DNA of 64,000 nt from an uncultured Acidimicrobiales bacterium. GTDB lineage: Bacteria > Actinomycetota > Acidimicrobiia > Acidimicrobiales > SZUA-35. Both the position numbers and the translations under genes were made by a program. The first letter of the stretch is position 1, and every line of letters starts with the position of its first letter. The stretch is from assembly GCA_963715325.1 (NCBI GenBank), contig CAVQRR010000002.1, forward strand, positions 13,428 through 77,427. Direction: 5' to 3'. The notes beneath the pieces are model-generated. The model was not told the origin of the DNA. It made no database searches and saw nothing but the letters and a program-made list of their open reading frames with translations. Positions 18,180 through 27,019 of the stretch are shown one piece after another.

Positions 18180-19163
18180 ATGACCGAGTGGCGCGCCGCC
18201 GACATCCCTGACCTCACCGACCGTGTTGCCATCGTCACTGGAGCGAATTCCGGGATCGGCTACGAGACCACAAAAGAATTGCTTCGCTGCGGCGCAACGG
18301 TGGTGATGGGATGCCGGAACCAGGGTCGGGGCGAGTCGGCCAGAAGCCGGCTGCTGTCGGCCGAACCGAAGACCGACGATGGTGCGGCACGCCGTTCGGC
18401 CGACGGTCGGCCACCGCCGGCAGATCGGATCTCGGTGCGGGAGTTGGATCTGACCGAGCCGGACTCGATCGAGGCGTTCGTCGCCCGATTCAACCGGGAC
18501 CGTCCGAACGACGCCAGGTCCGGTGCATTGGACCTGCTGATCAACAATGCCGGGGTGATGGCCTGCCCTCCCGCCCTCACCAGCCAGGGTGTCGAGCGGC
18601 AATGGGCCAGCAACCACCTCGGCCACTTCGCGCTGACCGGCCTGCTGCTGCCGACCCTGGTCGACGGCGGCCGGGTGGTCAGCGTCTCCAGCCTGGCGGC
18701 CGGCGGCGGCGACCTGAGCGGCTCGATACCGACCACCCTCGACCATTACTCACGCTTCCAGATATACAGCGACACCAAGTTGGCCAATCAGGTGTTCGCC
18801 GTCGAACTCAACCACCGGTTGGCCGCCGCAGGACGGACCGCGATCTCGGTGGTCGCCCATCCCGGCCTGTCTCGCACCAACCTCGGAGCCGGTATCGGCA
18901 TCCCGGTGCTTTCCACGCTCCTGATGGGCCTCAGCCGGTTCCTGACCCAGTCGGCGGCCGACGGCGCCCTGCCGACCTTGCGGGCGGCCACCGACCCCGC
19001 GGTGGAAGGCGGTCAGTACTACGGCCCATCCGGCCGGAACCAGCACCGGGGGCCGCCGAAGCAGATCGCGCTGGTGAACGGGGCGTCGCGCCGCAGTCTC
19101 GGCCGGGAGCTGTGGCAACAGTCGATGGCACTCACCGGCGTCCGCTACCTGGCCGGCGATTGA
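18180..19163 (+). CDS. SDR family oxidoreductase (retinol-dehydrogenase-like)
   Basis: Rossmann motif VTGANSGIGYET, NNAG and YSDTK catalytic blocks. 327 aa. Confidence 0.85.
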   Translation: MTEWRAADIPDLTDRVAIVTGANSGIGYETTKELLRCGATVVMGCRNQGRGESARSRLLSAEPKTDDGAARRSADGRPPPADRISVRELDLTEPDSIEAFVARFNRDRPNDARSGALDLLINNAGVMACPPALTSQGVERQWASNHLGHFALTGLLLPTLVDGGRVVSVSSLAAGGGDLSGSIPTTLDHYSRFQIYSDTKLANQVFAVELNHRLAAAGRTAISVVAHPGLSRTNLGAGIGIPVLSTLLMGLSRFLTQSAADGALPTLRAATDPAVEGGQYYGPSGRNQHRGPPKQIALVNGASRRSLGRELWQQSMALTGVRYLAGD

Positions 19164-19251
19164 GTCGAGGCGGTGGAGGCCCCCTGCGGTCAAATCCGCC
19201 GCAGGTCTCGAGTCGAGGCGGGCGGAGCCGCCCTTCGGGCCGCACAGTGGT

Positions 19252-20250
19252 TCAGCGCAGCCGCCAGGTGGCGGTCAGGGACGGCTCGGCGCCGTCGCCG
19301 GCCTCGTCGACGGCGGCGACACGGCCTTCACGATGGAGCGAGAGCAGGTGGGAGTAGACCGAGTTGGCCGCAGCCCGCCACAGCCGCTTGTCGACATCGG
19401 CGTACATGCCGGGCACGATCGCCTTGATGGTTGAGGGCCCATCGCCAAGGGCGGTGACGATCTGGGCCTCCCGATGCAGGCGGTGATCGAGAAAGCTCCG
19501 CACGTACTCGTGGGGGTTGTCGATGGCCGGGCCGTGGGTCGGCCAGTAGCGGACGTCGTCGCGGCCCAGCAGCTTGCGGAGGCTGCTCAAGTAGTCGAAC
19601 AGATCGCCGTCGGGGGGCGAGATCACCGAGGTGGCCCAGCCCATCACGTGGTCACCGGTGAACAGCAGCTTCTCCTCCCGGAGGCCGAAGCACACATGGT
19701 TCGAGGTGTGGCCCGGGGTGTGCACCACCTCGACGGTCCAACCGGTGCCCTCGATCACGTCGCCGTCGCCGACGGCCACGTCCGGGACGAAGTCGACGTC
19801 GGGGCCCTCCCGCTTCAGTTCGTCCGGAGTCTCGTTCCAGACCCGCTCGAACTCCTCCTTCTCCTCCTTCGTGAAGTACTCGTCGAAGCTGACCTTGTCG
19901 AGCGGATCGTGCTCCGGCACCGGCCCGTGGGGACCGAAGCCGTAGGTCGTGGCCCCGGTCCGGTCGACAAGTTTGGCCACCCCTGCGGTGTGATCGGTGT
20001 GGGTGTGGGTCACCAGGATGCGGGTGATCCGCTCCTCGGGGTCGAGAGCATCGAGGATGGCATCGAGGTGTTCGTCCAGGGTGGGGCCGGGGTCGATCAC
20101 CGCCACCTCTCCCCTGCCGATCAGGTAGACGCCGGTGCCGGTGAAGGTGAACGGGTTCGGGTTCTCGGCCACGACCCGGCGGACCAACGGCGACAACCCG
20201 TCGACCTTGCCGTATACCGGGGTGAAGTCCTTGTTGAATGCGATTGCCAC
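19252..20250 (-). CDS. MBL-fold metallo-hydrolase with C-terminal winged-helix-like tail
   Basis: Metal-binding motif THTHTDHTAG, downstream HTPGHT and TGDHV blocks. 332 aa. Confidence 0.85.
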   Translation of the reverse strand: MAIAFNKDFTPVYGKVDGLSPLVRRVVAENPNPFTFTGTGVYLIGRGEVAVIDPGPTLDEHLDAILDALDPEERITRILVTHTHTDHTAGVAKLVDRTGATTYGFGPHGPVPEHDPLDKVSFDEYFTKEEKEEFERVWNETPDELKREGPDVDFVPDVAVGDGDVIEGTGWTVEVVHTPGHTSNHVCFGLREEKLLFTGDHVMGWATSVISPPDGDLFDYLSSLRKLLGRDDVRYWPTHGPAIDNPHEYVRSFLDHRLHREAQIVTALGDGPSTIKAIVPGMYADVDKRLWRAAANSVYSHLLSLHREGRVAAVDEAGDGAEPSLTATWRLR

Positions 20251-20310
20251 ACCTGCGACAGTAGCGGATCGTCCCCGAACGGGCCCGCTTCGGTTGCCGG
20301 ACCGGCCGGT

Positions 20311-20577
20311 CTACAGAGGACCCTCGGGGTCGAGGATCCCGGTGAAGATCAGCCTGTCATCACGACCGACATCGGCCCGGTAGCGCCTGGTGCCGTCGAC
20401 CAGGATGAACACCAGCCCATCGGCGGCCGTTTCGATCTCGAAATCGAACCCGACGGTCTCGACCACCCGGGTGTACTCGTCGACCAGGATCGACTCCAGC
20501 CGCATCGACCGAGCCCGCTCGAACAGATCCAGGTCGAGCTCGACCCAGTCCTCGTCACCGGTTCCGATGAAGCTCAC
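20311..20577 (-). CDS. hypothetical protein
   Basis: 88-aa ORF with GC-rich third positions and an acidic, non-repetitive sequence. No family was recognised. Confidence 0.45.
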   Translation of the reverse strand: MSFIGTGDEDWVELDLDLFERARSMRLESILVDEYTRVVETVGFDFEIETAADGLVFILVDGTRRYRADVGRDDRLIFTGILDPEGPL

Positions 20578-20661
20578 CGTGCCACGATCTCACGCCCGGA
20601 ACCGGGTGTCACGCCACCGGACCGGCCCCCAGCGGGTCCTCAATGGATCCTCAGCGCATCC

Positions 20662-21063
20662 TCAGCGGATACTCAGCGGCTCGAGGGCCGGAAACAGCCA
20701 CTCCGGCGGCTTGGATGGTCGACCACGAGCGTCGGTGACCGCTGCGGTGACCTCGGCGGTGACCAGCACCTCGTCGCCCCTGAGGATCCGTTGCCGCCAC
20801 ATGCCGCTGGCCCGGCGGAGCTCGCCGACCTCGGTTTCCACCGTGACCACCTGGCCGGCCTCGGCCGGGCGCCGGAAGCGGACGTCGATATGGGTCACCA
20901 CCATCTGGTAGCCCCGCTCGGCCATCACCTCCAGCGGGATGCCGCAGGCGGCGAGGGCGTCGGTTCTACCGACCTCGAGATAGGTCACGTAGACCGCGTG
21001 ATTGACGTGGCCGTAGGGATCGATCTCGTTGAACCGAACCGCCAGGGACGTGTGGTGGGCCAT
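20662..21063 (-). CDS. acyl-CoA thioesterase, 4HBT/YbgC-like hotdog fold
   Basis: 133 aa. N-terminal motif VRFNEIDPYGHVNHAVYVTYLE, typical of YbgC/FcoT-type thioesterases. Confidence 0.85.
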   Translation of the reverse strand: MAHHTSLAVRFNEIDPYGHVNHAVYVTYLEVGRTDALAACGIPLEVMAERGYQMVVTHIDVRFRRPAEAGQVVTVETEVGELRRASGMWRQRILRGDEVLVTAEVTAAVTDARGRPSKPPEWLFPALEPLSIR

Positions 21064-21168
21064 GGGCCATCACCGTAGTGGGCGGCCGTGGCACCGAGAC
21101 CACCGTGGTTGGCGGACGCTCACCGGCACAGCCACCGGCACCGCTCCCGGCACCGGCATACTGTGGCC

Positions 21169-21933
21169 ATGACATCGGTCGAGCCGTTCGATTTCGTCGG
21201 CAGCCAGGGAACGACGCTGTCCGGTCGGCTCCACCGGCCGGCGCCGGGGCCGCCGGTCAAGGGCGCGGTGCTCCTGGCCCACTGCTTCACCTGCTCCAAG
21301 GACCTCAACACGATGACCCGACTGGCCAAAGGCCTGGCGGACGGCGGCTATGTGACGCTCCGATTCGATTTCACCGGGCTCGGCGAGTCCGGTGGCGATT
21401 TCGCCGGGACCACGGTCAGCGCCAACGTCGCCGATCTGACCAGGGCTGCGGCGTCGCTGATCCAAGCCGGGTTCGGCCCCTGCGGGCTGCTCGGCCACAG
21501 CCTTGGCGGTGCGGCCTCGATCCTGGCCGCCCATCGGCTCAAGACGGTTCGATCGCTGATCACGTTGAGCGCCCCGGCCGACGCCGGCCACGTTCGCCAC
21601 CTCTTCACCGACCAGCTGTCGCAGCTGGAGGCGGGCAGCCCGGCCACGATCACCATCGCCCAGCGTTCGTTCCGGCTCAACGCAGGCTTCATCGAGGATC
21701 TCCAGTGCCACGACGTGATCGCCAGGGTGGGCCAACTCGGCCGGCCGTACTGCATCATCCATGCCACCGACGACGACGTGGTCGGCTACGCCAACGCGGA
21801 GCGGCTGTACCGGGCGGCGGCGGGCCGCAAGAAGCTGGTTCCCCTGGAGAAGGGCGGCCACCTGTTCCTCGCACCGGCCGATGCGGAGCGGGTCCTCGAC
21901 GAGGTGCTGGCGTGGTTCGACGCCACGTTGTGA
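21169..21933 (+). CDS. alpha/beta hydrolase
   Basis: Nucleophile elbow GHSLGG and LLAHCFTCSKD/RFDFTGLGES blocks. The start is ATG 21169 within ORF 21088..21933. Confidence 0.8.
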   Translation: MTSVEPFDFVGSQGTTLSGRLHRPAPGPPVKGAVLLAHCFTCSKDLNTMTRLAKGLADGGYVTLRFDFTGLGESGGDFAGTTVSANVADLTRAAASLIQAGFGPCGLLGHSLGGAASILAAHRLKTVRSLITLSAPADAGHVRHLFTDQLSQLEAGSPATITIAQRSFRLNAGFIEDLQCHDVIARVGQLGRPYCIIHATDDDVVGYANAERLYRAAAGRKKLVPLEKGGHLFLAPADAERVLDEVLAWFDATL

Positions 21934-21967
21934 GCCATCGGCCCCCGTCGATGCCTGCGGCGGCCCG

Positions 21968-22489
21968 ATGACCGCCGTCGAGGTGGTGGATGCTCGGCCG
22001 AGCCACTACCCGATCCTGGGTGAGCTGACGGTGCGGGCCTATGAGCCGGTGGAGCCGACGATGTACGAGGACGGCTACGCCGACGAGCTGGCGGACGTGG
22101 CGACGAGGGCGGCCGAAGTCCCGGTGCTGGTCGCCCTCTTCAACGGCTTCGTCATCGGCGGGTTGACCTACGTCCCCAATGCTCGAAGCGGCTTCTACGA
22201 GTTCGGCGATCCGGACGGGGCCAGCTTTCGCCACTTGGCCGTCGACCCATCGGCTCAGGGCCTCGGTGCCGGGCGGCGGCTGGTCGAGGTGGTGATCGAC
22301 AGAGCCCGGTCAGCCGGTCGATCCCGGCTGCTGATCCACAGCCTGGCGCGAATGACCGCAGCCCAACAGCTCTACCGGACGTTGGGCTTCGTTCGTGACG
22401 AGTCGCTCGACGCCCTGTGGGACACCACCCACGGCCTTGGCTTCCGACTCGAACTGGGCCGGCCCGGCCAGGCCATACTGGAGCCATGA
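21968..22489 (+). CDS. GNAT family N-acetyltransferase
   Basis: Acetyl-CoA-binding block RHLAVDPSAQGLGAGRRLVE and C-terminal LYRTLGF. The start is ATG 21968. Confidence 0.8.
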   Translation: MTAVEVVDARPSHYPILGELTVRAYEPVEPTMYEDGYADELADVATRAAEVPVLVALFNGFVIGGLTYVPNARSGFYEFGDPDGASFRHLAVDPSAQGLGAGRRLVEVVIDRARSAGRSRLLIHSLARMTAAQQLYRTLGFVRDESLDALWDTTHGLGFRLELGRPGQAILEP

Positions 22490-22803
22490 CCGACCGGTAC
22501 GACACCGACCCGGCCGACACCGACCGGGCCGAGGTCGACGGTCACATGACCGACGGGTTCGAGCACGACCGGGCCGAGAACGACGGGGCCGACCGGGGCG
22601 GGGCCGACGACGTGGCGGGGCGGCCGTTCGTGGCACCCCGGACACGGCCTCGGCACGGGGGCTCGATCCTGATGGCGGCGATGGTCGGCATCGCAGAAGC
22701 ACTCGGGCTCGACCCGGAGCCGACCGAGATCGCCCAACCGGTCAGTCCCGGCTCCGGACCGGAGTTCGACCTCCGCTTCGGCGATCTCCCGCCGCTCGAC
22801 TGA
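22486..22803 (+). CDS. hypothetical acidic protein
   Basis: Its ATG overlaps the GNAT stop (ATGA). 105 aa, with a Asp/Thr-rich N-terminus and a conserved-looking SILMAAMVGIAEALGL block. No family was recognised. Confidence 0.45.
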   Translation: MTDRYDTDPADTDRAEVDGHMTDGFEHDRAENDGADRGGADDVAGRPFVAPRTRPRHGGSILMAAMVGIAEALGLDPEPTEIAQPVSPGSGPEFDLRFGDLPPLD

Positions 22804-22880
22804 GCGGCGCTGGGCCTGGACTTCGGCGACCAGACGTCGGCGCTGCGTTGGATCGGGGGCGGGTGTGTACGGCCTCCACG

Positions 22881-23783
22881 TCAGGGAAGCGGCTGGCCCT
22901 CGGCGGCCTGGATCAACTGGTACAGGTCGCCTCGATCCAACGTGACTTTCACCGCGGTGGCCTGTTCGGCCAGCCGTTCCGGTCGCTGCGATCCGATGAT
23001 CGCCACCGGCCGCGACGGGTGGGCGAGGACGAAGGCCACCGCCAGCACCGCCCGGGAAACGCCCTCCCTGGCCGCCAGGCGATCCATCACCTCCATCAGC
23101 TCGGCCGGCTGCCCCTCTCCGGTGGCCAGGCCACCACCGGCCAGCGGACTCCAGGCCAGCGGCCGGCGGTTGTGCTGCATGCAGCGATCGAGCGTGCCGT
23201 CGCGCAACGGGCCGAGCGCGGCCAGGGAGAACTCCGGTTGATCCGAGGCGATGGGGAACGCCAGGTAGGCGGCCAGGGCATCGGTCTGGCTCGGAAGGTG
23301 GTTGGAGACCCCGACCTCCTTGATCTTGCCTGCGTCCCGCAATTCGGCGAGGGTGGCCGCCACCTCCTCGGGGTGGGTGTAGAAGTCGGGTCGGTGGATC
23401 TGGTAGAGATCGATGACGTCGACGCCGAGTCGGCGAAGGCTGGCATCGCACGCAGAGCGCAGGTACTCGGCCCCGGAGTTGTACGGCGTCGGGGGGATGA
23501 TGCCACCCTTGGTGGCGAGGACCATCCGGTCGCGGAGCTCGGGAGCCTCGGCCAGGACCTGGCCGAGCAACGCCTCGTTCTGGCCGAAACCGGTGCCGCC
23601 CCAATCGAGCCCGTACACGTCCGAGGTGTCGACGAGGTTCATCCCGTTGTCGAGCGCGGCCTCGAGGCTGGTGCGGGCATCGGCCACAGAAGACGACGTG
23701 AATCGCCAGCAACCGAATGCCAGTGGCCCAACGGTGAACTGTCCGAGCGGTCGAGGATGACCGTCAACCAGGCTGTTTGTCAT
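22881..23783 (-). CDS. aldo/keto reductase
   Basis: 300 aa. AKR pattern: GPLAFGCWRF, NLVDTSDVYG, LATKGG, SNH, and a C-terminal IIGSQRPERL block. Confidence 0.9.
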   Translation of the reverse strand: MTNSLVDGHPRPLGQFTVGPLAFGCWRFTSSSVADARTSLEAALDNGMNLVDTSDVYGLDWGGTGFGQNEALLGQVLAEAPELRDRMVLATKGGIIPPTPYNSGAEYLRSACDASLRRLGVDVIDLYQIHRPDFYTHPEEVAATLAELRDAGKIKEVGVSNHLPSQTDALAAYLAFPIASDQPEFSLAALGPLRDGTLDRCMQHNRRPLAWSPLAGGGLATGEGQPAELMEVMDRLAAREGVSRAVLAVAFVLAHPSRPVAIIGSQRPERLAEQATAVKVTLDRGDLYQLIQAAEGQPLP

Positions 23784-23847
23784 GGTCGAACTCTATTGCG
23801 ACATCGATCGATCCGGGTAGGTCCCGACCGAGCGCTACCCTGATCAC

Positions 23848-24150
23848 ATGGATATTGCGATCAGCGATGAAGCGCTGGAAATGGTCAGGAGCAGGGGCGG
23901 CACCGCTGCCGTCGACTACATCCATGCCATCGGTTGAGGCGGCACGGAAGAGGTGTCGGTCGACACCTACCTCAAGGGCAAGAACACCTCGTCATACCGC
24001 AAGATCCACCATGAGGACATCACGATCCTGGTTGCCAAGCCGCTGATCCAGTACGCCAGCCGCATCGAGCTGGTCACACGCAAGAAACTGCTGGGGACCA
24101 AGCTCACCGCAGTGGCCCATCACCAACACAGCGCGGCCTGCCGCCACTGA
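23848..24150 (+). CDS. putative small selenoprotein (in-frame UGA at 23935-23937)
   Basis: ATG 23848 opens 29 coding-like codons (MDIAISDEALEMVRSRGGTAAVDYIHAIG). A TGA follows, and the same frame continues for 70 codons to TGA 24148-24150, including ORF 23953..24150. A SECIS-like hairpin lies 13 nt after the TGA. Confidence 0.5.
23951..23968 (+). promoter_or_regulatory. SECIS-like stem-loop
   Basis: AGGUGUC-GGUC-GACACCU: a perfect 7-bp stem with a GGUC apical loop, starting 13 nt after the in-frame UGA. Confidence 0.45.
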
Positions 24151-24158
24151 TCGGGCTT

Positions 24159-24298
24159 GGGCCGACTGGCCTGACCGGGCCGACGGACCTGACCGGGCCG
24201 ACGGACTGACCCGGCCGACGGGACTGACCGGGCCGACGGGCCTGACCCGGCCGACGGACCTGACCGGGCCGATCGGGCGACCGGCCGATCGGGCGACC
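24159..24298. repeat. intergenic tandem repeat, about 8 copies of a 17-18 bp unit (GGGCCGACGGNCCTGACC)
   Basis: Head-to-tail copies are read directly between two convergent genes. The last two copies degrade to GGCCGATCGGGCGACC. No spacers are present. Confidence 0.85.
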
Positions 24299-24315
24299 AC
24301 CGCCGGCGACCTCGC

Positions 24316-24723
24316 TCAGCTGGCCGACTTCGGCAGGATCTGGTCGGTTTCGATCAGCCGGGAGTCGGCGAGCGCCGCGGCCCGGATCGGGGCGATGGCC
24401 TGGTAGTCGGGGTCGTTGATCATCGAGACGAAGGCGGTCCGGCTGGGGTAACGAACGAGGATCACCACGTCCCAGTCCTCGTCACCGATGACCGATGCAC
24501 CGGCGGCACCCATCCAGATCGGCTCGCCACCGAATCGAGGATTGAGCTTGGCGAACTCCTGCCCGTAGCGGCGGTACGCCTCTTCGCCGGTCATGCCGTC
24601 GACACCGTGGCCGGCCTCGGCCCGATCCCGATATCGCAGCAGGTTGAGCATGACCACCGGGGCGTCCGGGTCCGTGGCGGCCATGGAGGCCAGGGCCTCG
24701 TGATCGGCATGAATCGACGGCAC
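24316..24723 (-). CDS. DUF1330 domain-containing protein
   Basis: 135 aa. Pattern PVVMLNLLRYRD...VVILVRYPSRTAFVSMINDPDYQAI, typical of DUF1330 (dimeric alpha-beta barrel). Confidence 0.85.
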   Translation of the reverse strand: MPSIHADHEALASMAATDPDAPVVMLNLLRYRDRAEAGHGVDGMTGEEAYRRYGQEFAKLNPRFGGEPIWMGAAGASVIGDEDWDVVILVRYPSRTAFVSMINDPDYQAIAPIRAAALADSRLIETDQILPKSAS

Positions 24724-25002
24724 GACGTTTCCCGCCTCCTTCCGCCGGCTCGACGGCCGGCATCGGGAAGCTACGACCGTGCCGCCCCGGTGTCAACCGC
24801 AGCCGAGCACCGAAGGGGGCGGTTGTTTGCCGTCATCCAGGTGGTGGCGCCTCTGCGGCGCCGGATGATGCCTGTCCGGACCCGTCCCCGGTCGATCTCG
24901 GCTGACCGCGGCCGGATGTGACGGCGGCTGAAGACCGGCGACCCGGCCAGTGCTGTCGAAATTCACCGGGGCCCGCTGCGAGCCCGGGCCTAACCTGGTT
25001 CG

Positions 25003-26154
25003 ATGCGGGCCTGGCTCATCTACCTCACCAACTTCCTGCTGACCTCGGCCCTCGGTGTGGTGTTCGTGTTCCTCGAGGATGTCCAGGCCGACCGGGGGTT
25101 GGCCGATTGGGAGATCGGTGTGGTGGCGGGCACCGGATTCGGGGCGGCGCTGTTGGCCCAGCTCCTGTTGTCCCCGCTGGCCGATCGGGGCACCACCCGG
25201 CCCCTGGCGGTGGTGGCGCTGGCTGCGGGCATCGTGGGACCGGTCGGCTTCGCCTATGGCCAGACCATGCTGATTCTGGCTGCCAGCCGTGGCCTCAGCG
25301 GCATCGGGCTCGGCCTGTTCGGCCTGCTGGCTCGCAAAGCCCTGCTCGGGCTCGACGCCACCGGCGGCGGGGCCAAGCTGGGAATGCTGCTGTCCACCGC
25401 CGTCGCCGGCTTCATCATCGGGCCGGTGATCGGTGCGGTGTTCGAACCGTTGGGGTTCGAGGCTCCGTTCCTGGCGGTCAGTGTTGCGCTGTTGTTGGTC
25501 GGCGTCCCCGCCACCGCCACGATCCTGCGAACCCAGATCGCCGCATCGCCGGTGGACTACTCGGACCTTGGTCGCCTCATCCGGCGGCCGAAGGTGCAGG
25601 CGGCGATGCTGGTCCAGGTGGTGGTGTACGGCTTCATCGGGGTGTTCGATGCCATCGTCGACCGCTTCCTCACCGACCTCGGCGCCTCGACCGCCACCAT
25701 CGCCGTCACCATCCTGTTCGTCGGAGGACCGATGCTGTTCCTGCCGAGAATCGCCGGTCAGCTGGCCGAGCGCAAGGGCGGGGCGACGGTGATGCTGCCC
25801 GCGCTCCTGATCCTGATCCCGGCCATGACCGGGTACGGCCTGGCGGGATCGGTGGTGGTGGCCACCGTGTTCGGCTTCCTTCACGGCACCGGGGAGTCAT
25901 TCGTCTCGATCAGCGCCCAGGTGCTGGTGCTGGAGGTCACCGGTGCCGAACGGGCTGCGGTCGGCTCGGCCCTGCTCGACGCCGCAGGCCTTTCCGCGGC
26001 CACCATGGCCGCGCTACTGACCCCGACGGTCTACGGGGCGGCGGGCCCACGAGCGCTTTTCGTCGGCGCTGCGGTGCTGGGAGCACTGCTCGGTCTGATG
26101 GCACTGGCCCGAGCCAGAAAAGGATCCGATCGACAGTTGCTGGCGGTGGCCTGA
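25003..26154 (+). CDS. MFS transporter
   Basis: 383 aa with about 12 predicted TM helices. An MFS loop motif (SPLADRGTTRP) lies between TM2 and TM3. Confidence 0.85.
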   Translation: MRAWLIYLTNFLLTSALGVVFVFLEDVQADRGLADWEIGVVAGTGFGAALLAQLLLSPLADRGTTRPLAVVALAAGIVGPVGFAYGQTMLILAASRGLSGIGLGLFGLLARKALLGLDATGGGAKLGMLLSTAVAGFIIGPVIGAVFEPLGFEAPFLAVSVALLLVGVPATATILRTQIAASPVDYSDLGRLIRRPKVQAAMLVQVVVYGFIGVFDAIVDRFLTDLGASTATIAVTILFVGGPMLFLPRIAGQLAERKGGATVMLPALLILIPAMTGYGLAGSVVVATVFGFLHGTGESFVSISAQVLVLEVTGAERAAVGSALLDAAGLSAATMAALLTPTVYGAAGPRALFVGAAVLGALLGLMALARARKGSDRQLLAVA

Positions 26155-26224
26155 GGCGGTGGCCTGAGGAGGTGCCCAGGGGCAAGCGGCCGGGTTGCAG
26201 CGCACCTCGCCGGGCCGGCTCGCC

Positions 26225-27019
26225 TCACTCGTGCAACAGCACCGCGAACCGGCGCCCCGCCAGGCGGAGGCCGATCAGCGCCATCGCCACCAGGACGCCG
26301 GTGTGGACCAGGTCGTGGAGGCCGACGGTGCCGAGCACGAGGTCACGGCACAGCGCCGCCCCGTGGTACAGCGGTGAGCATCGAGCGATCCACTGCAGCG
26401 CGGTCGGGTAGACCGACAGCGGGTAGAACGTGGCGGAGAACAGGAACAGACCGATCTGAACCAGCAGCACCAGGTCGAAGTCCTCCCAGCTCCGCATGTA
26501 GGTCACCGAAGCCAGGCCGGCGGCGGAGAAGGCGACCCCGATCAGAACTGCCGCCGGGAGCGTCAGCAGCGCCCACCAGCTCTGCACCAACCCGAGGGCC
26601 ACCATGGCCGCCAGGAAGAACGCACTGTACATCGAGCCTCGGGCCTGAGCGTATGCGAGCTCGCCGAGGGCGATGTCGCTCGGCGTCAACGGGGTAGCGG
26701 TCATGCCGTCGTAGAGCTTGTCCCACTTCAGCTTTCCATAGGTGTTGTACGTGCTCTCGGCGATGGCTCCGCTCATGGCCGCCGCGGCCAGCATGGCCGG
26801 TGCGACGAACTCGGTGTAGTCGTAGACCCGCCCGCCGACCTCGATGTCGCCGACCAGGACCCCGACCCCGACCCCGACCGACAGCAGATAGAAGAACGGC
26901 TCGGTGGCTCCGCTGGCAACGGCGGCCCAATTGGCTCTGGCGGCCAAGGTGTTGCGGCCCGCCACGTGGCGGAACCGGCGGGTGGCACCGGGCATCACCA
27001 GCTCGAGCAGCCGGCTCAC
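26225..27019 (-). CDS. ABC-2 type exporter permease
   Basis: Polytopic ABC-2 pattern. The GTG start at 27019 overlaps the stop of the upstream permease (GTGA). Confidence 0.75.
   Translation of the reverse strand: MSRLLELVMPGATRRFRHVAGRNTLAARANWAAVASGATEPFFYLLSVGVGVGVLVGDIEVGGRVYDYTEFVAPAMLAAAAMSGAIAESTYNTYGKLKWDKLYDGMTATPLTPSDIALGELAYAQARGSMYSAFFLAAMVALGLVQSWWALLTLPAAVLIGVAFSAAGLASVTYMRSWEDFDLVLLVQIGLFLFSATFYPLSVYPTALQWIARCSPLYHGAALCRDLVLGTVGLHDLVHTGVLVAMALIGLRLAGRRFAVLLHE

Noticed and set aside
24159-24298. CRISPR array, considered for this repeat and for the one at 37353-37535.
   Set aside because: The repeats are contiguous with no unique spacers, the units are only 17-30 bp, and no cas genes are nearby.
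26143-26168. Perfect 13-bp tandem duplication GCGGTGGCCTGAG x2 spanning the MFS transporter stop codon.
   Set aside because: The observation is real but trivial. The first copy already contains the stop codon, so the protein is unaffected. It is probably a slippage scar.
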